Source: an uncultured delta proteobacterium
GTDB lineage: Bacteria; Myxococcota_A; Polyangia; Polyangiales; Polyangiaceae
DNA: 64,000 nucleotides
Direction of reading: 5' to 3'
Assembly (NCBI GenBank): GCA_963782055.1
Contig: CAWAIF010000002.1
Coordinates: 352,001-416,000, forward strand
Shown: positions 50,412 to 60,484 of the stretch, piece by piece
Layout: each line of letters starts with the position of its first letter
How positions within the stretch are numbered: the first letter of the stretch is position 1
Translations under genes and position numbers: made by a program
Notes under the pieces: generated by a model
Told to the model about the DNA's origin: nothing
The model's input: only the letters and a program-made list of their open reading frames with translations
The model's database searches: none

Positions 50412-50894
50412 ATGGGTATCGCGGCTCGACGTGCCCTGCTGCGCCACGGCCTCTCTCTTGCACTGCTGACCAGTAGCTGCGCCGTGGCCCCGCCGCCGCC
50501 AGCCCACCTGGCGCCGTCCGCGCTCGTCGGCGCTCCGGCGATCGCGCCTCACGCCGTCGATGATGGCTGCGACGACGCGGTCGCGCCGCCGGTGAGCGCC
50601 GTCCTCCACCTCTCCGCGACGCAGACGACGCGCGCCCTGCGCCCGGCGTTCCACGCGGTGTGCGCGTGCACCCGGCCGGGGGAGGAGGTACGCGTCGTGG
50701 CGACCATCTCGCCGGAGGAAGGCCGGACCGTCGCGACGGTCGAAGACGCCCCCGCCATCGACGCGTGCGTCAAGGGCATGCCCTCGGGCCGCTTCGATCC
50801 GCTCGTGGTGGGTAGCGACTGCGTCGGCTGCGGCCGGCCGGGCGAGACGCGGATCCGCTTCCCCTTCCGGTTCGTCCACGGCGCACGACCCTGA
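50412..50894 (+). CDS. Hypothetical lipoprotein
   Basis: LLTSSC lipobox; several cysteines; C-terminal IRFPFRF as in AgmX/TonB-C-like domains. Confidence 0.55.
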   Translation: MGIAARRALLRHGLSLALLTSSCAVAPPPPAHLAPSALVGAPAIAPHAVDDGCDDAVAPPVSAVLHLSATQTTRALRPAFHAVCACTRPGEEVRVVATISPEEGRTVATVEDAPAIDACVKGMPSGRFDPLVVGSDCVGCGRPGETRIRFPFRFVHGARP

Positions 50895-50927
50895 GCACGA
50901 CCGGGCCGTTCGGATTACCATCGGGGC

Positions 50928-51500
50928 ATGGCGAACCCGAACGCTGGCACCTACGACGTGATCGCGCTCCTCGGCCCGGACGGCGCGGGCAAGTCCACCC
51001 TCCTCCAGGACCTCGTGACCGCGCTCGCTGACCCGTCCGCCGCGCCGCGCGCCATCCAGGTCGCCGGGCACTCCGCCAACGTCCTGGACATCCAGGGTCA
51101 GCAACGCGTCTGCCAGGTCGCCGACTTCGCCGACGCCGAGACCGAGGCCGCGCTCCTCGGCTCGACGCGCTTCGCCGGGGCGATCCTCGTGGTGTCGAGC
51201 GCCGACTCGCTGATGCCCGGTCACAGGGCCAGCCTGGAGCGGGCCAGGCAGCTCGGCGTCCCGCTCCTCGCCGTCGCGCTCACGCACTGCGATCAGGTCG
51301 CTGACGAGGAGCTGCAGGACCTGGTGGAGATGGAGATCCGCGAGCTGGCGTCCAAGTACGGCTACCCTGGCGACACCCTGCCCATCGTCCACACCCGTGG
51401 CGCTGGTCGCGCGGAGCGCCCGCGCGAGGGCCGCGAGCCCACGCCGCGACAGTCGGGGAGCGTTGACGGCCTGCTGTCCGTCCTGCTCGGACGCGGGTAG
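50928..51500 (+). CDS. Stand-alone degenerate EF-Tu-like G domain
   Basis: GPDGAGKST P-loop; GAILVVS..D..MP..R.....ARQLGVP...V.L..CD.V.DEEL.DLVEMEIREL.SKYGYPGD..PIV closely matches EF-Tu domain I; domains II and III absent. Confidence 0.85.
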   Translation: MANPNAGTYDVIALLGPDGAGKSTLLQDLVTALADPSAAPRAIQVAGHSANVLDIQGQQRVCQVADFADAETEAALLGSTRFAGAILVVSSADSLMPGHRASLERARQLGVPLLAVALTHCDQVADEELQDLVEMEIRELASKYGYPGDTLPIVHTRGAGRAERPREGREPTPRQSGSVDGLLSVLLGRG

Positions 51501-51512
51501 CGTACGGCGTCC

Positions 51513-52901
51513 ATGACCGAGCCCCACGAGACGCTGCGCGACGGCCGCTACGTCGTCCTCGGCACGCTCGGCCTCGGCTCGCAGGGAAAGACGCTCGACG
51601 CGGTCGACAAGCGGGAGGGGCGCCCGGTGGCGATCAAGCGCTTCGACCTGGCGCACGCGCGCGCGTGGAAGGACGTGGAGCTCGCCGAGCGCGAGGCCCG
51701 CGTGCTCGGCTCGCTCTCCCACCCGATGCTGCCGCGCTACATCGAGCACTTCGAGGAGGGCGGCGCCCTGTACCTGGTGATGGAGAAGATCGAGGGCGAG
51801 TCGCTCGCCTCGCTGCGGAAGAAGGGCCGCCTGAGCGACCAGGACGCTCTGCGCCTCCTGCACGACGCCGCCGAGGTGCTGGATTACCTCCACGGGCGCG
51901 CCCCGCCCGTCTTCCACCGCGACCTGAAGCCGGCCAACGTCATCCGCCGCCCGGACGGCTCCTTCGCCTTCGTCGACTTCGGCGCGGTGCGCGAGCGCAT
52001 GCGGCCGGAGGGGGGCAGCACCGTCGTCGGCACCTTCGGCTACATGGCGCCGGAGCAGTTCCAGGGGCGCGCCGGCCCCGGGTCCGATGTCTACGCGGTC
52101 GGCGCCACCGTGCTGTCGATGCTCACGGGGGAGGAGCCGGAGTCGCTCCCCCACCGCGGCCTGGCGATCGAGGTGGGCGCCGCGCTCGGCGGTCGCGCGA
52201 ACCCGCGACTTCGGCACATCCTGGAGCGCATGCTGGAGCCCGACCCCGACCGTCGCGCGACGCGCATCGGTCCGCTGCTCGCCGAGAGCGGGCGGACCCC
52301 GGCCTCCAGACCCCGGCCCGCGCGCGCGCAACCGACGCCGGACCTCGGCGATCTCGGCCGGCAGATCCGCGATCAGGTGGAGCGCAAGATCCGCAGCGAG
52401 GTCGACCGCGCCACCACCCGCGCCGAGCGTCACGCCGCCCGCCGCGCGCGTCACGCCAGACGGCGCGCGGAGCACGCGCAGCGCCGGGCCCGGCGGAGGC
52501 GTGAACATCCGGTGCCCTTCTTCGTGCGCTTCATCGTGTGGGTGGCGCTCACCGTCACCCAGCTCGTGGTGGCGCTCGCGGTGGGCGCGGTCGTCCCGCT
52601 CCTCTTGCTCCTTTTGTCCCTCTTCATCGGGGCGCCGATGCGGCGCGCCGCGAAGAAGGTGTATGGCGCCAACCGCCGCGCCGTCGGCGCCATCGGCCGG
52701 GCGCGGTCGACGGTGACCGGCCAGGCGCCGGAGGAAGAGGAAGCCGACCAGGGTGCCGCGCACGAGGCGATGGACGTCCGCGTCGGCGCGGAGGACGAGC
52801 GCATCCGCGTGAGCGCCGCAGCCGACGAGCGGGAGGCCGAGGAGGACGAGGAGGCGGAGGCCGGCGAGCCGCCGCGCCGCGCGCGCGTCCAGCGGCGCTA
52901 G
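51513..52901 (+). CDS. Hanks-type Ser/Thr protein kinase with C-terminal membrane segment
   Basis: LGLGSQG.T, VAIK, HRDLKPANV, VDFG, GTFGYMAPEQ, SDVYAVG; long hydrophobic stretch near the C-terminus. Confidence 0.93.
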   Translation: MTEPHETLRDGRYVVLGTLGLGSQGKTLDAVDKREGRPVAIKRFDLAHARAWKDVELAEREARVLGSLSHPMLPRYIEHFEEGGALYLVMEKIEGESLASLRKKGRLSDQDALRLLHDAAEVLDYLHGRAPPVFHRDLKPANVIRRPDGSFAFVDFGAVRERMRPEGGSTVVGTFGYMAPEQFQGRAGPGSDVYAVGATVLSMLTGEEPESLPHRGLAIEVGAALGGRANPRLRHILERMLEPDPDRRATRIGPLLAESGRTPASRPRPARAQPTPDLGDLGRQIRDQVERKIRSEVDRATTRAERHAARRARHARRRAEHAQRRARRRREHPVPFFVRFIVWVALTVTQLVVALAVGAVVPLLLLLLSLFIGAPMRRAAKKVYGANRRAVGAIGRARSTVTGQAPEEEEADQGAAHEAMDVRVGAEDERIRVSAAADEREAEEDEEAEAGEPPRRARVQRR

Positions 52902-53001
52902 CGCGTCACCATCGCGTGAACCGCGGCCGGTCGGTTCCCCCGCGGCCACCCGCCGCCAGCACGACTTCGTGCAGGGTGGACCGCGCCCCGAGGCGTGCCC
53001 T

Positions 53002-54564
53002 TCAGAGCAAGCAGCCCGTCGCCCACTTCAGGGCGTTGATGGTCAGCTTCATCGTGTTGGCGTCGTTCACCCAGGTCGTGTTGGCCGAGTAGTTCGCCGC
53101 GTGGGTGACGTACACGAGCCGGCCACCCGGGCTCGATCGCACCACCACGCCCGCGCCGCCGCAGAACGTGTTGTTCGCGATGGCCGTGCCGCTGTTCATG
53201 ATGGTGCCGATGGAGCACCCCATGCTGCTGGTGGTGGTGAAGGAGCTCGGCAGCCCGGTCCAGATCGGGTGGGCGACGGTGTTGGTGAAGGTGAGCGCGC
53301 CCGTGCTGCCGCTCGTGTACTGGTAGAGGTTGATGCTCTTGAGCGTCTGCCAGCGGCCGTTGTAGGGGTGGTAGCCCGCCCAGTCGGTGAAGACCACGCC
53401 GATGCCCTGCGCCTGCGCGTCGACGATCGCCTGCTGCCCGGCGGTGGGCATGTCGACGGAGTAGTCGTCGCCCACCATGAGCATGATGACGCGAAAGTTG
53501 GTGGCGGCCGGGGTGCCGGCGTAGGCGCTGGCGCCGTTGTCCACCATCGTCCCGCTCAGACCTGCGGCGTTGATCGCCGTCAAGAACGCCTGGTTGGTCG
53601 CCGTGTGCGTGTCGCTCAGGACGAGCACCGTGTTGCTGCACGTGGTGCAGGCGCCGTTGGCGCAGTACGGCGTGCCGCCGCTGCAGGTGGTGCTGCAGTT
53701 GCCGCAGTGGTCGCGGTCGAAGTCGGTGTCCACGCACTGGTTGCCGCACTTGGTGAGGCCCTGAGAGCACTGGAACTGGCACGCGCCGGCGGCGCAGACG
53801 AGCCCCTGGCCGCACACGTTCCCGCACGACCCGCAGTTGGCGTTGTCGGTGTCGGTCTTCGCGCAGTACGGCGCCCCGCCGTCGCCGTCGCAGAGCACCT
53901 CGTTCGGCCCGCAGTTGGCGACGCAGCTGCCGCCGGAGCACACCAGTCCGTTGGTGCACGCGTTCCCGCACGACCCGCAGTTGGCGCTGTCGGTCTGGGT
54001 GGCGGCGCACACCGGCGGGCCGCCGTCGCCCGGGCACAGCGTCTCCCCCGCGCCGCACGTGTCCTCGCACGTGCCCCCGGTGCACACCTTGCCCGGGTCG
54101 CACACGCTGCCGCAGCCGCCGCAGTTGTCGTGGTCGTTCTGGGGCGACACGCACAGCGCCTCGCCCGCGTCCCCCACACAGAGCGTCTGCGCCGCGGCGC
54201 ACTGCGCGGTGCACTTGCCTTGCTCGCACACCTCGCCGGCGTTGCACGCCTTGCCGCAGGCGCCGCAGTTCTTGCGATCGACGTCGACATCGAAGCACGA
54301 CTGCCCGCACTGCGTGGAGCCGCCGGCGCACTGGAGCGCGCAGTTACTCTGTGAGCAGACCTCCCCCGTGTCGCACGCGTTGCCGCAAGCGCCGCAGTTC
54401 GCCGGGTCGGCCGCCGTCTCCGCGCACTGATCGCCGCAGAGCGTCTCCCCAGCCACGCACGTCTTTGGCGCCGGCGTCGTGTCGCTGCTGGAGCAGCCAG
54501 CCATGGCGGCCGCGACGATCGCCCCGCCGGCGGTGGTCGCCTTGATCCAATCCCCGAGCCTCAT
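53002..54564 (-). CDS. Cys-rich repeat lipoprotein (MXAN_6577 / Stig1-like repeats)
   Basis: GGAGG RBS; AMAGC lipobox; six D..NCG.CG..C..G.VC..G.C repeats plus a C-terminal globular domain. Confidence 0.88.
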   Translation of the reverse strand: MRLGDWIKATTAGGAIVAAAMAGCSSSDTTPAPKTCVAGETLCGDQCAETAADPANCGACGNACDTGEVCSQSNCALQCAGGSTQCGQSCFDVDVDRKNCGACGKACNAGEVCEQGKCTAQCAAAQTLCVGDAGEALCVSPQNDHDNCGGCGSVCDPGKVCTGGTCEDTCGAGETLCPGDGGPPVCAATQTDSANCGSCGNACTNGLVCSGGSCVANCGPNEVLCDGDGGAPYCAKTDTDNANCGSCGNVCGQGLVCAAGACQFQCSQGLTKCGNQCVDTDFDRDHCGNCSTTCSGGTPYCANGACTTCSNTVLVLSDTHTATNQAFLTAINAAGLSGTMVDNGASAYAGTPAATNFRVIMLMVGDDYSVDMPTAGQQAIVDAQAQGIGVVFTDWAGYHPYNGRWQTLKSINLYQYTSGSTGALTFTNTVAHPIWTGLPSSFTTTSSMGCSIGTIMNSGTAIANNTFCGGAGVVVRSSPGGRLVYVTHAANYSANTTWVNDANTMKLTINALKWATGCLL

Positions 54565-54657
54565 CGAGCCTCCGCGATCAGTCTACCTGAGCCGGGCGCC
54601 AGCGTCCCACCGCTCTGCCGGGTCGCCACGTCCGCCGCAGCGTTTCCTCGAGGGGCG

Positions 54658-54673
54658 GGGCACGCGTCTTGCT
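54658..54673 (+). promoter_or_regulatory. Putative sigma54 promoter
   Basis: GGGCACGCGTCTTGCT (GG-N10-GC with TTGC), just upstream of ATG 54686. Confidence 0.5.
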
Positions 54674-54685
54674 CGTCATGCGCAC

Positions 54686-55327
54686 ATGCAATCCGTGGAA
54701 CCCGAGCGCGCCTCTGCCACACGTACCCACCAGGAAGAGCGCATCGACGAGGCGCTGGACGAGTCCTTCCCGGCCAGCGACCCGCCCTACTTCTCGCTCG
54801 GCGTGAAGGCTCCGGCCGAGCCGCCGCCGCCTCCAGCCGAGAAGCGGACGGCGGCGCCGATGGTCGAGCCGCGGCGCTACGCCTTCGGTGCCACCGCGGC
54901 GATCGTCACGAGCGTGAGCCTCATCGTCGGCCTCGCCGCCGCCTCGGCGTCGCGCACCGCGATCGTCACTGGCCTCCTCATCATCGCGCTGGCCGACAAC
55001 ATCACCGACTCGCTGAGCGTGCACATGTACCAGGAGTCGGAGAAGCTGGAGTCCACCGCCGCCTTCCGCGTCACGCTCACCAACTTCGGCGCGCGCCTCT
55101 TCGTGGCGAGCAGCTTCGTCGCGCTCGTGCTCACGCTGAGCATCCCGGCGGCGTCCATCGTGGCCGTCACGTGGGGCGCCGTGCTGCTCTCCCTCGTCAC
55201 CTATGACGTGGCGCGCACCCGCGGTCTGAGCCCGGCGCGCGAGATCGCCAAGCACCTGGCGGTGGCCACGCTGGTGATCGCCGTCGGGCGGACCATCGGC
55301 TGGCTCCTCGCGCCCGGCGCCGCCTGA
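54686..55327 (+). CDS. VIT1/CCC1-like membrane protein with N-terminal DEALDESFPASDPP motif
   Basis: FGATAAIVTS..LIVGL, LIIALADNITDSLS.HMYQESE, EIAKHL; about five TMs. Confidence 0.65.
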   Translation: MQSVEPERASATRTHQEERIDEALDESFPASDPPYFSLGVKAPAEPPPPPAEKRTAAPMVEPRRYAFGATAAIVTSVSLIVGLAAASASRTAIVTGLLIIALADNITDSLSVHMYQESEKLESTAAFRVTLTNFGARLFVASSFVALVLTLSIPAASIVAVTWGAVLLSLVTYDVARTRGLSPAREIAKHLAVATLVIAVGRTIGWLLAPGAA

Positions 55328-55754
55328 CGCGTGCCATCGCCAAGGAAGCATGGGGGAGTGAGGGCGGCGCGAAGGGTCAGGATGAGAGAGAGAGAGCGGG
55401 CGCTCTCTGTCGGGAGAGCTTCCCCAGCGCGCCCGGCAGGATTCGACGACGCCCGCACGGGCCAGGACACGACAGAGGCGCGACGCGTGCCATCGCCAAG
55501 GAAGCATGGGGGAGTGAGGGCGGCGCGAAGGGTCAGGATGAGAGAGAGAGCGGGCGCTCTCTGTCGGGAGAGCTTCCCCAGCGCGCCCGGCAGGATTCGA
55601 CGACGCCCGCACGGGCCAGCACACGACAGAGGCGCGACGCGTGCCATCGCGAAGGAAGCAGGGGGGAGTGAGGGCGGCGCGAAGGGTCAGGATGAGAGAG
55701 AGAGCGGGCGCTCTCTGTCGGGAGAGCTTCCCCAGCGCGCCCGGCAGGATTCGA
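55326..55754 (-). repeat. tRNA-linked tandem repeat: units of 156 bp and 154 bp plus a partial third unit that merges into tRNA-Arg
   Basis: Units start at 55326, 55482 and 55636 and are near-identical. Each carries the last 19 nt of the tRNA (55428-46, 55582-600, 55736-54) and a (GA)n tract of variable length. Confidence 0.95.
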
Positions 55755-55809
55755 ACCTGCGACCTACGGCTCCGGAGGCCGTCGCTCTATCCAGCTGAGC
55801 TACGGGCGC
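55736..55809 (-). tRNA. tRNA-Arg(CCG), CCA not encoded
   Basis: GCGCCCG-TA-GCTC AGCTGGATA GAGC-G-ACGGC CT CCG GA GCCGT-AGGTC-GCAGG TTCGAAT CCTGC-CGGGCGC-G forms a full cloverleaf. Confidence 0.97.
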
Positions 55810-55853
55810 GAGAGCAGGAGAGGTAGCGCAGGGGCGTGTCGGGGTAAAGAGGA

Positions 55854-55996
55854 CAGGATTCGCGCATCGGTGCACGGAGTCCAGGAAGTGGACGGAGTGC
55901 AGCGAGGCCCACGAAGCGCACGGCGGAGCCGTGCTCCGTGCACCTGCGACCTACGGCTCAGGAGGCCGTCGCTCTATCCAGCTGAGCTACGGGCCG
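55854..55996 (-). pseudogene. Interrupted tRNA-Arg copy with anticodon CCT and a palindromic insertion in the T-loop
   Basis: 55942-55994 matches the tRNA 5' part except for one anticodon base. About 80 bp bounded by GGTGCACGGAG/CTCCGTGCACC follow, then CGAATCCTG (55854-62). No 3' acceptor strand. Confidence 0.8.
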
Positions 55997-56057
55997 GACC
56001 CCTGCGGACCGACGCCGGGGAAGCTGGACCCCACCAATCCCGTACGTTCAGACCGCC

Positions 56058-56855
56058 ATGCCGCGTTTCCTGCCCATCGCCGCCCTCGCCCTCTTCGCCC
56101 CCGCCTGCCTGCTGATGCAGCCCCCGGCGGAGTCGACGACCTCCGCGAGCCCCCACCACCCGACGGCGAGGCCCCCCTACCACGACCCAGCGTTCGACCA
56201 CCCCGCCTCCGAGCTGGAGCCCTTCATCGCCAAAAACACCAAGGGGTTCACCAAGCAGGGGCCGCTCGTCAAGGGCACCCTGGAGGACTTTCAGCCGGTG
56301 GCGGTGACCCTCCAGCGCGGGCACTGCTACCGCATGGTGCTCCGCCTGGCCGACGACGCGACCATCTCCAATCGCGCGCGCAAGGGCATCGCCTTCATCT
56401 ACCGCAACGGGGACCGCGGCATGGAGGTCCACGGGGGCCCCGGCATGCACGGCCCCACCGGCGGCGTCGCCTCCGGCGGCTGCCCGCAGCAGACCGCGCA
56501 CGCCACCTTCGACATGATCGCCAACTGGGGCAGCGCCCTGGACAAGTCGCACCTCCACGACCTGGGCACGGGCGCCTTCACCTTGCAGCTTTACTCCAAG
56601 CCCATCTCCAAGCAGGAGCTCGCCGCGCGGAAGGCGGACGAGGAGCGGCAAATCGCCGAGTCGGAGGCGTTCGAGCGCCAGGAGCGGCAGAAGAAGCACG
56701 ACAGGATGGTGCGCGGTTGCCGCGTCTGCGAGGACAAGTACACCGAGTGTCTCGCCGACTGGCGTCGCGGCGCCTCGAAGGAGCAGTGCCGGGAGGACCG
56801 CGACAGCTGCGTGTTCTCCGAGGCGGGGCTGCCTAGCGCCGCGGATTGCCGGTAG
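56058..56855 (+). CDS. Hypothetical lipoprotein
   Basis: LFAPAC lipobox; L.RGHCY motif; C-terminal helical Cys pattern. Confidence 0.72.
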   Translation: MPRFLPIAALALFAPACLLMQPPAESTTSASPHHPTARPPYHDPAFDHPASELEPFIAKNTKGFTKQGPLVKGTLEDFQPVAVTLQRGHCYRMVLRLADDATISNRARKGIAFIYRNGDRGMEVHGGPGMHGPTGGVASGGCPQQTAHATFDMIANWGSALDKSHLHDLGTGAFTLQLYSKPISKQELAARKADEERQIAESEAFERQERQKKHDRMVRGCRVCEDKYTECLADWRRGASKEQCREDRDSCVFSEAGLPSAADCR

Positions 56856-56867
56856 ACTCGGGGCCCG

Positions 56868-57503
56868 ATGCGCGCCTCCTTCTCTCTCGCAGCCGGCGGC
56901 CTCACCGTCCTCGTCGCGTGCGGCGGCGTCACCGTGGGCCCTTCTTCGACCGACGCCGGGCAGGACGGCTCCCCCACGCTGCGAGAGCCGAAGACCCACC
57001 GCGCGCAGGGGAACGCGTGCACGACCCCGCGCGGGCCGGGGACAATCAACGGCACGCCTCCCCCCGGCGCGCCCTGCTCCAAGGACGCCGACTGCACCGC
57101 CGGCCAGAACGGGCGGTGCGAGACCCTGCCCATCGAGCAGTCCAACCCCCCAGGGCAGCGCGTGTGCTCCTACGATCAGTGCACCGCCGACGCGGACTGC
57201 GGCGCGAGCAGCGTGTGCGATTGCCGCAACCCGGCCAACTACGACGCCAACACCTGCTTCCACGGCGACTGCCGCGTCGACGCCGACTGCGGCGCGGGCG
57301 GGTGGTGCTCGCCCTCCGGCACCACCGTCGACTCCGGCTGCACGACGGGCATCGACCCAGGCCAGTTCGGCTTCTTCTGCCACACCGCCGCCGACGAGTG
57401 CACCGACGACGCCGACTGCCCGGGCGTCACGCCGCCGGAGCGGTGCATGTTCAGCCCCACGGCGAACCACTGGGTCTGCCAGCAGCAGTTCTGCACCGGC
57501 TGA
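56868..57503 (+). CDS. Cys-rich lipoprotein
   Basis: LVACGG lipobox; repeated C..DADC motifs. Confidence 0.78.
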   Translation: MRASFSLAAGGLTVLVACGGVTVGPSSTDAGQDGSPTLREPKTHRAQGNACTTPRGPGTINGTPPPGAPCSKDADCTAGQNGRCETLPIEQSNPPGQRVCSYDQCTADADCGASSVCDCRNPANYDANTCFHGDCRVDADCGAGGWCSPSGTTVDSGCTTGIDPGQFGFFCHTAADECTDDADCPGVTPPERCMFSPTANHWVCQQQFCTG

Positions 57504-57521
57504 TCGCGCCGGCCTCGGGCG

Positions 57522-58691
<1,170 letters not shown>

Positions 58692-58768
58692 GCGATTATT
58701 CTTTCCGACGCACGGGTGGTCAAGTCTCGTTGATCGCGCCCCGCATCCCTCGTAGCCTGCGAGCCCCC

Positions 58769-59686
58769 ATGAGTCACCGCAAGTACATGACCATTCTCAA
58801 GCTGAACGAGGCGGAACTCAGGAGTCGCCGCGCGTTCTTCGAGGTCGCCGACGAGGATCTGGCACGCCTGGCCGCCCTCCGCGATCATGCGGAGAAGTGG
58901 ACCCACGAAATTGTGGAGGGCTTCTATCAGCTTCTTCTGGGCCACCCGGAGACTCGCAAGTTCTTCCCCGACGAGGCCACCGTCCGGCGCGTCAAGGCCA
59001 CCCAGCGGGAATACTTCCTAGAGCTGTTCGCCGGTCGCTGCGATCTCGCCTACGTGGAAGACCGACTGCGCGTCGGCACCGCCCACCAGCGCATCGGCAT
59101 GCCGCCGAAGTGGTACCTGGGCGCCTACCGCCGCTACCTGCAGCTCCTTCACGAGCGGCTCCATCGCGATCTTCCCCCCGAAAAGGCCGCCGCGGCGTAC
59201 GAGTCGGTCCTCAAGCTCGTCTCCTTCGACGAGTCGCTCGCCATCGACACCTATATCGCCGCCAATCAGGAGTCGATCGAGCGCCACCAGACCGCCATCC
59301 GCGAGCTCTCCACGCCGGTCATCCGCGTGCACGAAGGCGTGCTTCTGCTCCCGCTCGTCGGCGCCATCGACAGCCTGCGCGCGCAGCAGATCATGGAGAG
59401 CGTGCTCACGCGCGTGACCGAGGACCAGGCGCGCTGCATCATCATCGACATCGCCGGCGTAGCCGTGGTGGACACGCGCGTGGCCGACCATCTGGTCAAG
59501 ACGACGTCCGCCGTGAAGCTGCTCGGCGCGCAGACCATCCTGACGGGCATCAGCGCCCAGGTCGCGCGGACGATCGTGCAGCTCGGCGTCGACATCTCGG
59601 CGATGCACACCCTGAGCCGCCTGGCGGAGGGCATCGAGCTGGCGCTGTCCCTGGTCGGCAAGAAGATCGAAGCGAAGGAGCGATGA
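58769..59686 (+). CDS. rsbR: Globin-coupled STAS stressosome protein (RsbR)
   Basis: Protoglobin motifs FYQLL..HPE, RVGTAHQRIGMPPKWYLGAY; STAS motifs ELSTPVI, LPLVGAIDS.RA, IDIAGV..VDT.VA, LLGA...LTGI. Confidence 0.9.
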   Translation: MSHRKYMTILKLNEAELRSRRAFFEVADEDLARLAALRDHAEKWTHEIVEGFYQLLLGHPETRKFFPDEATVRRVKATQREYFLELFAGRCDLAYVEDRLRVGTAHQRIGMPPKWYLGAYRRYLQLLHERLHRDLPPEKAAAAYESVLKLVSFDESLAIDTYIAANQESIERHQTAIRELSTPVIRVHEGVLLLPLVGAIDSLRAQQIMESVLTRVTEDQARCIIIDIAGVAVVDTRVADHLVKTTSAVKLLGAQTILTGISAQVARTIVQLGVDISAMHTLSRLAEGIELALSLVGKKIEAKER

Positions 59687-60057
59687 TGCTCGGCGCCATC
59701 CCCATCCTGCGCGTCGGAAGCACGCTGCTCGCCACCGTGCACGTCGAGCTGCACGACGACGTGGCCAACGCCTTCCAGGCGGACGTGCTCAGCACGATCG
59801 AGAAGACCGCGTCCACGGGACTCGTCATCGACATCAGCGGCCTGGAGACGGTGGACAGCTACGTCGCTCGCGTCCTCGCAGAGACAGGGCACATGGCGAG
59901 CCTGATGGGCACCATCACCGTGCTCGTCGGCATGCGCCCGGAGGTCGCGGCGACCCTCATCCGCATGGGGTACGTGATGGACGGCATCCGTACCGCCCTC
60001 AATCTCGAGGACGGCCTGGCCATGCTCGGCCAGCGCCTCGTGACCGTGCAGAAGTAG
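59683..60057 (+). CDS. rsbS: Stressosome STAS protein RsbS
   Basis: IPILRV, GLVIDISGLETVDSY, LMG..TVLVGMRPEVA.TL..MG, TALNLEDG. Confidence 0.9.
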   Translation: MMLGAIPILRVGSTLLATVHVELHDDVANAFQADVLSTIEKTASTGLVIDISGLETVDSYVARVLAETGHMASLMGTITVLVGMRPEVAATLIRMGYVMDGIRTALNLEDGLAMLGQRLVTVQK

Positions 60058-60067
60058 GAGAGGGGTC

Positions 60068-60484
60068 GTGCCGGTCGACGTCCTTCGCCGCGAAGAGCTG
60101 AAGATCGACTGCGAGGACGACGTCATCGTCGTCCGGCGCAGGGCGAAGGCGCTCGCCCAGGAGCGCAAGTTCGACACGTTCGCCACCGCCGCGCTGACGA
60201 CGGCCACCTCCGAGCTGACGCGCAACGTCTGGATGCACGCTCGCAAGGGCCGCGCGGTGCTGGAGGAGGTGACCGACGGCTCGCGCATGGGCATCCGCAT
60301 CGAGTTTCGCGACGAGGGACCGGGGATCCCCGACATCGAGCGCGTCCTGAAGGGCGGCTACTCCACCGCGCGCTCGATGGGCCTGGGCCTCTCGGGCAGC
60401 AAGCGGCTCGTCGACGATTTCTCCATCGAGTCCGTTGTTGGCCAGGGCACCGTGATTACGATCACCAAGTGGAAGCCGTTCTGA
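60068..60484 (+). CDS. rsbT: Ser/Thr kinase / anti-sigma factor RsbT
   Basis: TATSELTRN, DEGPGIPDI, GYST..SMGLGLSGSKRLVDDF.IES..G.GT.ITITKW. Confidence 0.92.
   Translation: MPVDVLRREELKIDCEDDVIVVRRRAKALAQERKFDTFATAALTTATSELTRNVWMHARKGRAVLEEVTDGSRMGIRIEFRDEGPGIPDIERVLKGGYSTARSMGLGLSGSKRLVDDFSIESVVGQGTVITITKWKPF

Noticed and set aside
50928..51500. Functional tuf (EF-Tu) or selB
   Set aside because: Only 190 aa, G3 and G4 motifs are altered, domains II/III are absent, and there is no ribosomal operon context.
55326..55754. CRISPR array
   Set aside because: Units are ~155 bp and nearly identical throughout, with no unique spacers and no cas genes. They contain tRNA 3' ends instead.
55326..56000. 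Prophage or integrative element at tRNA-Arg
   Set aside because: No integrase, transposase or phage genes in the window; only short att-like duplications.
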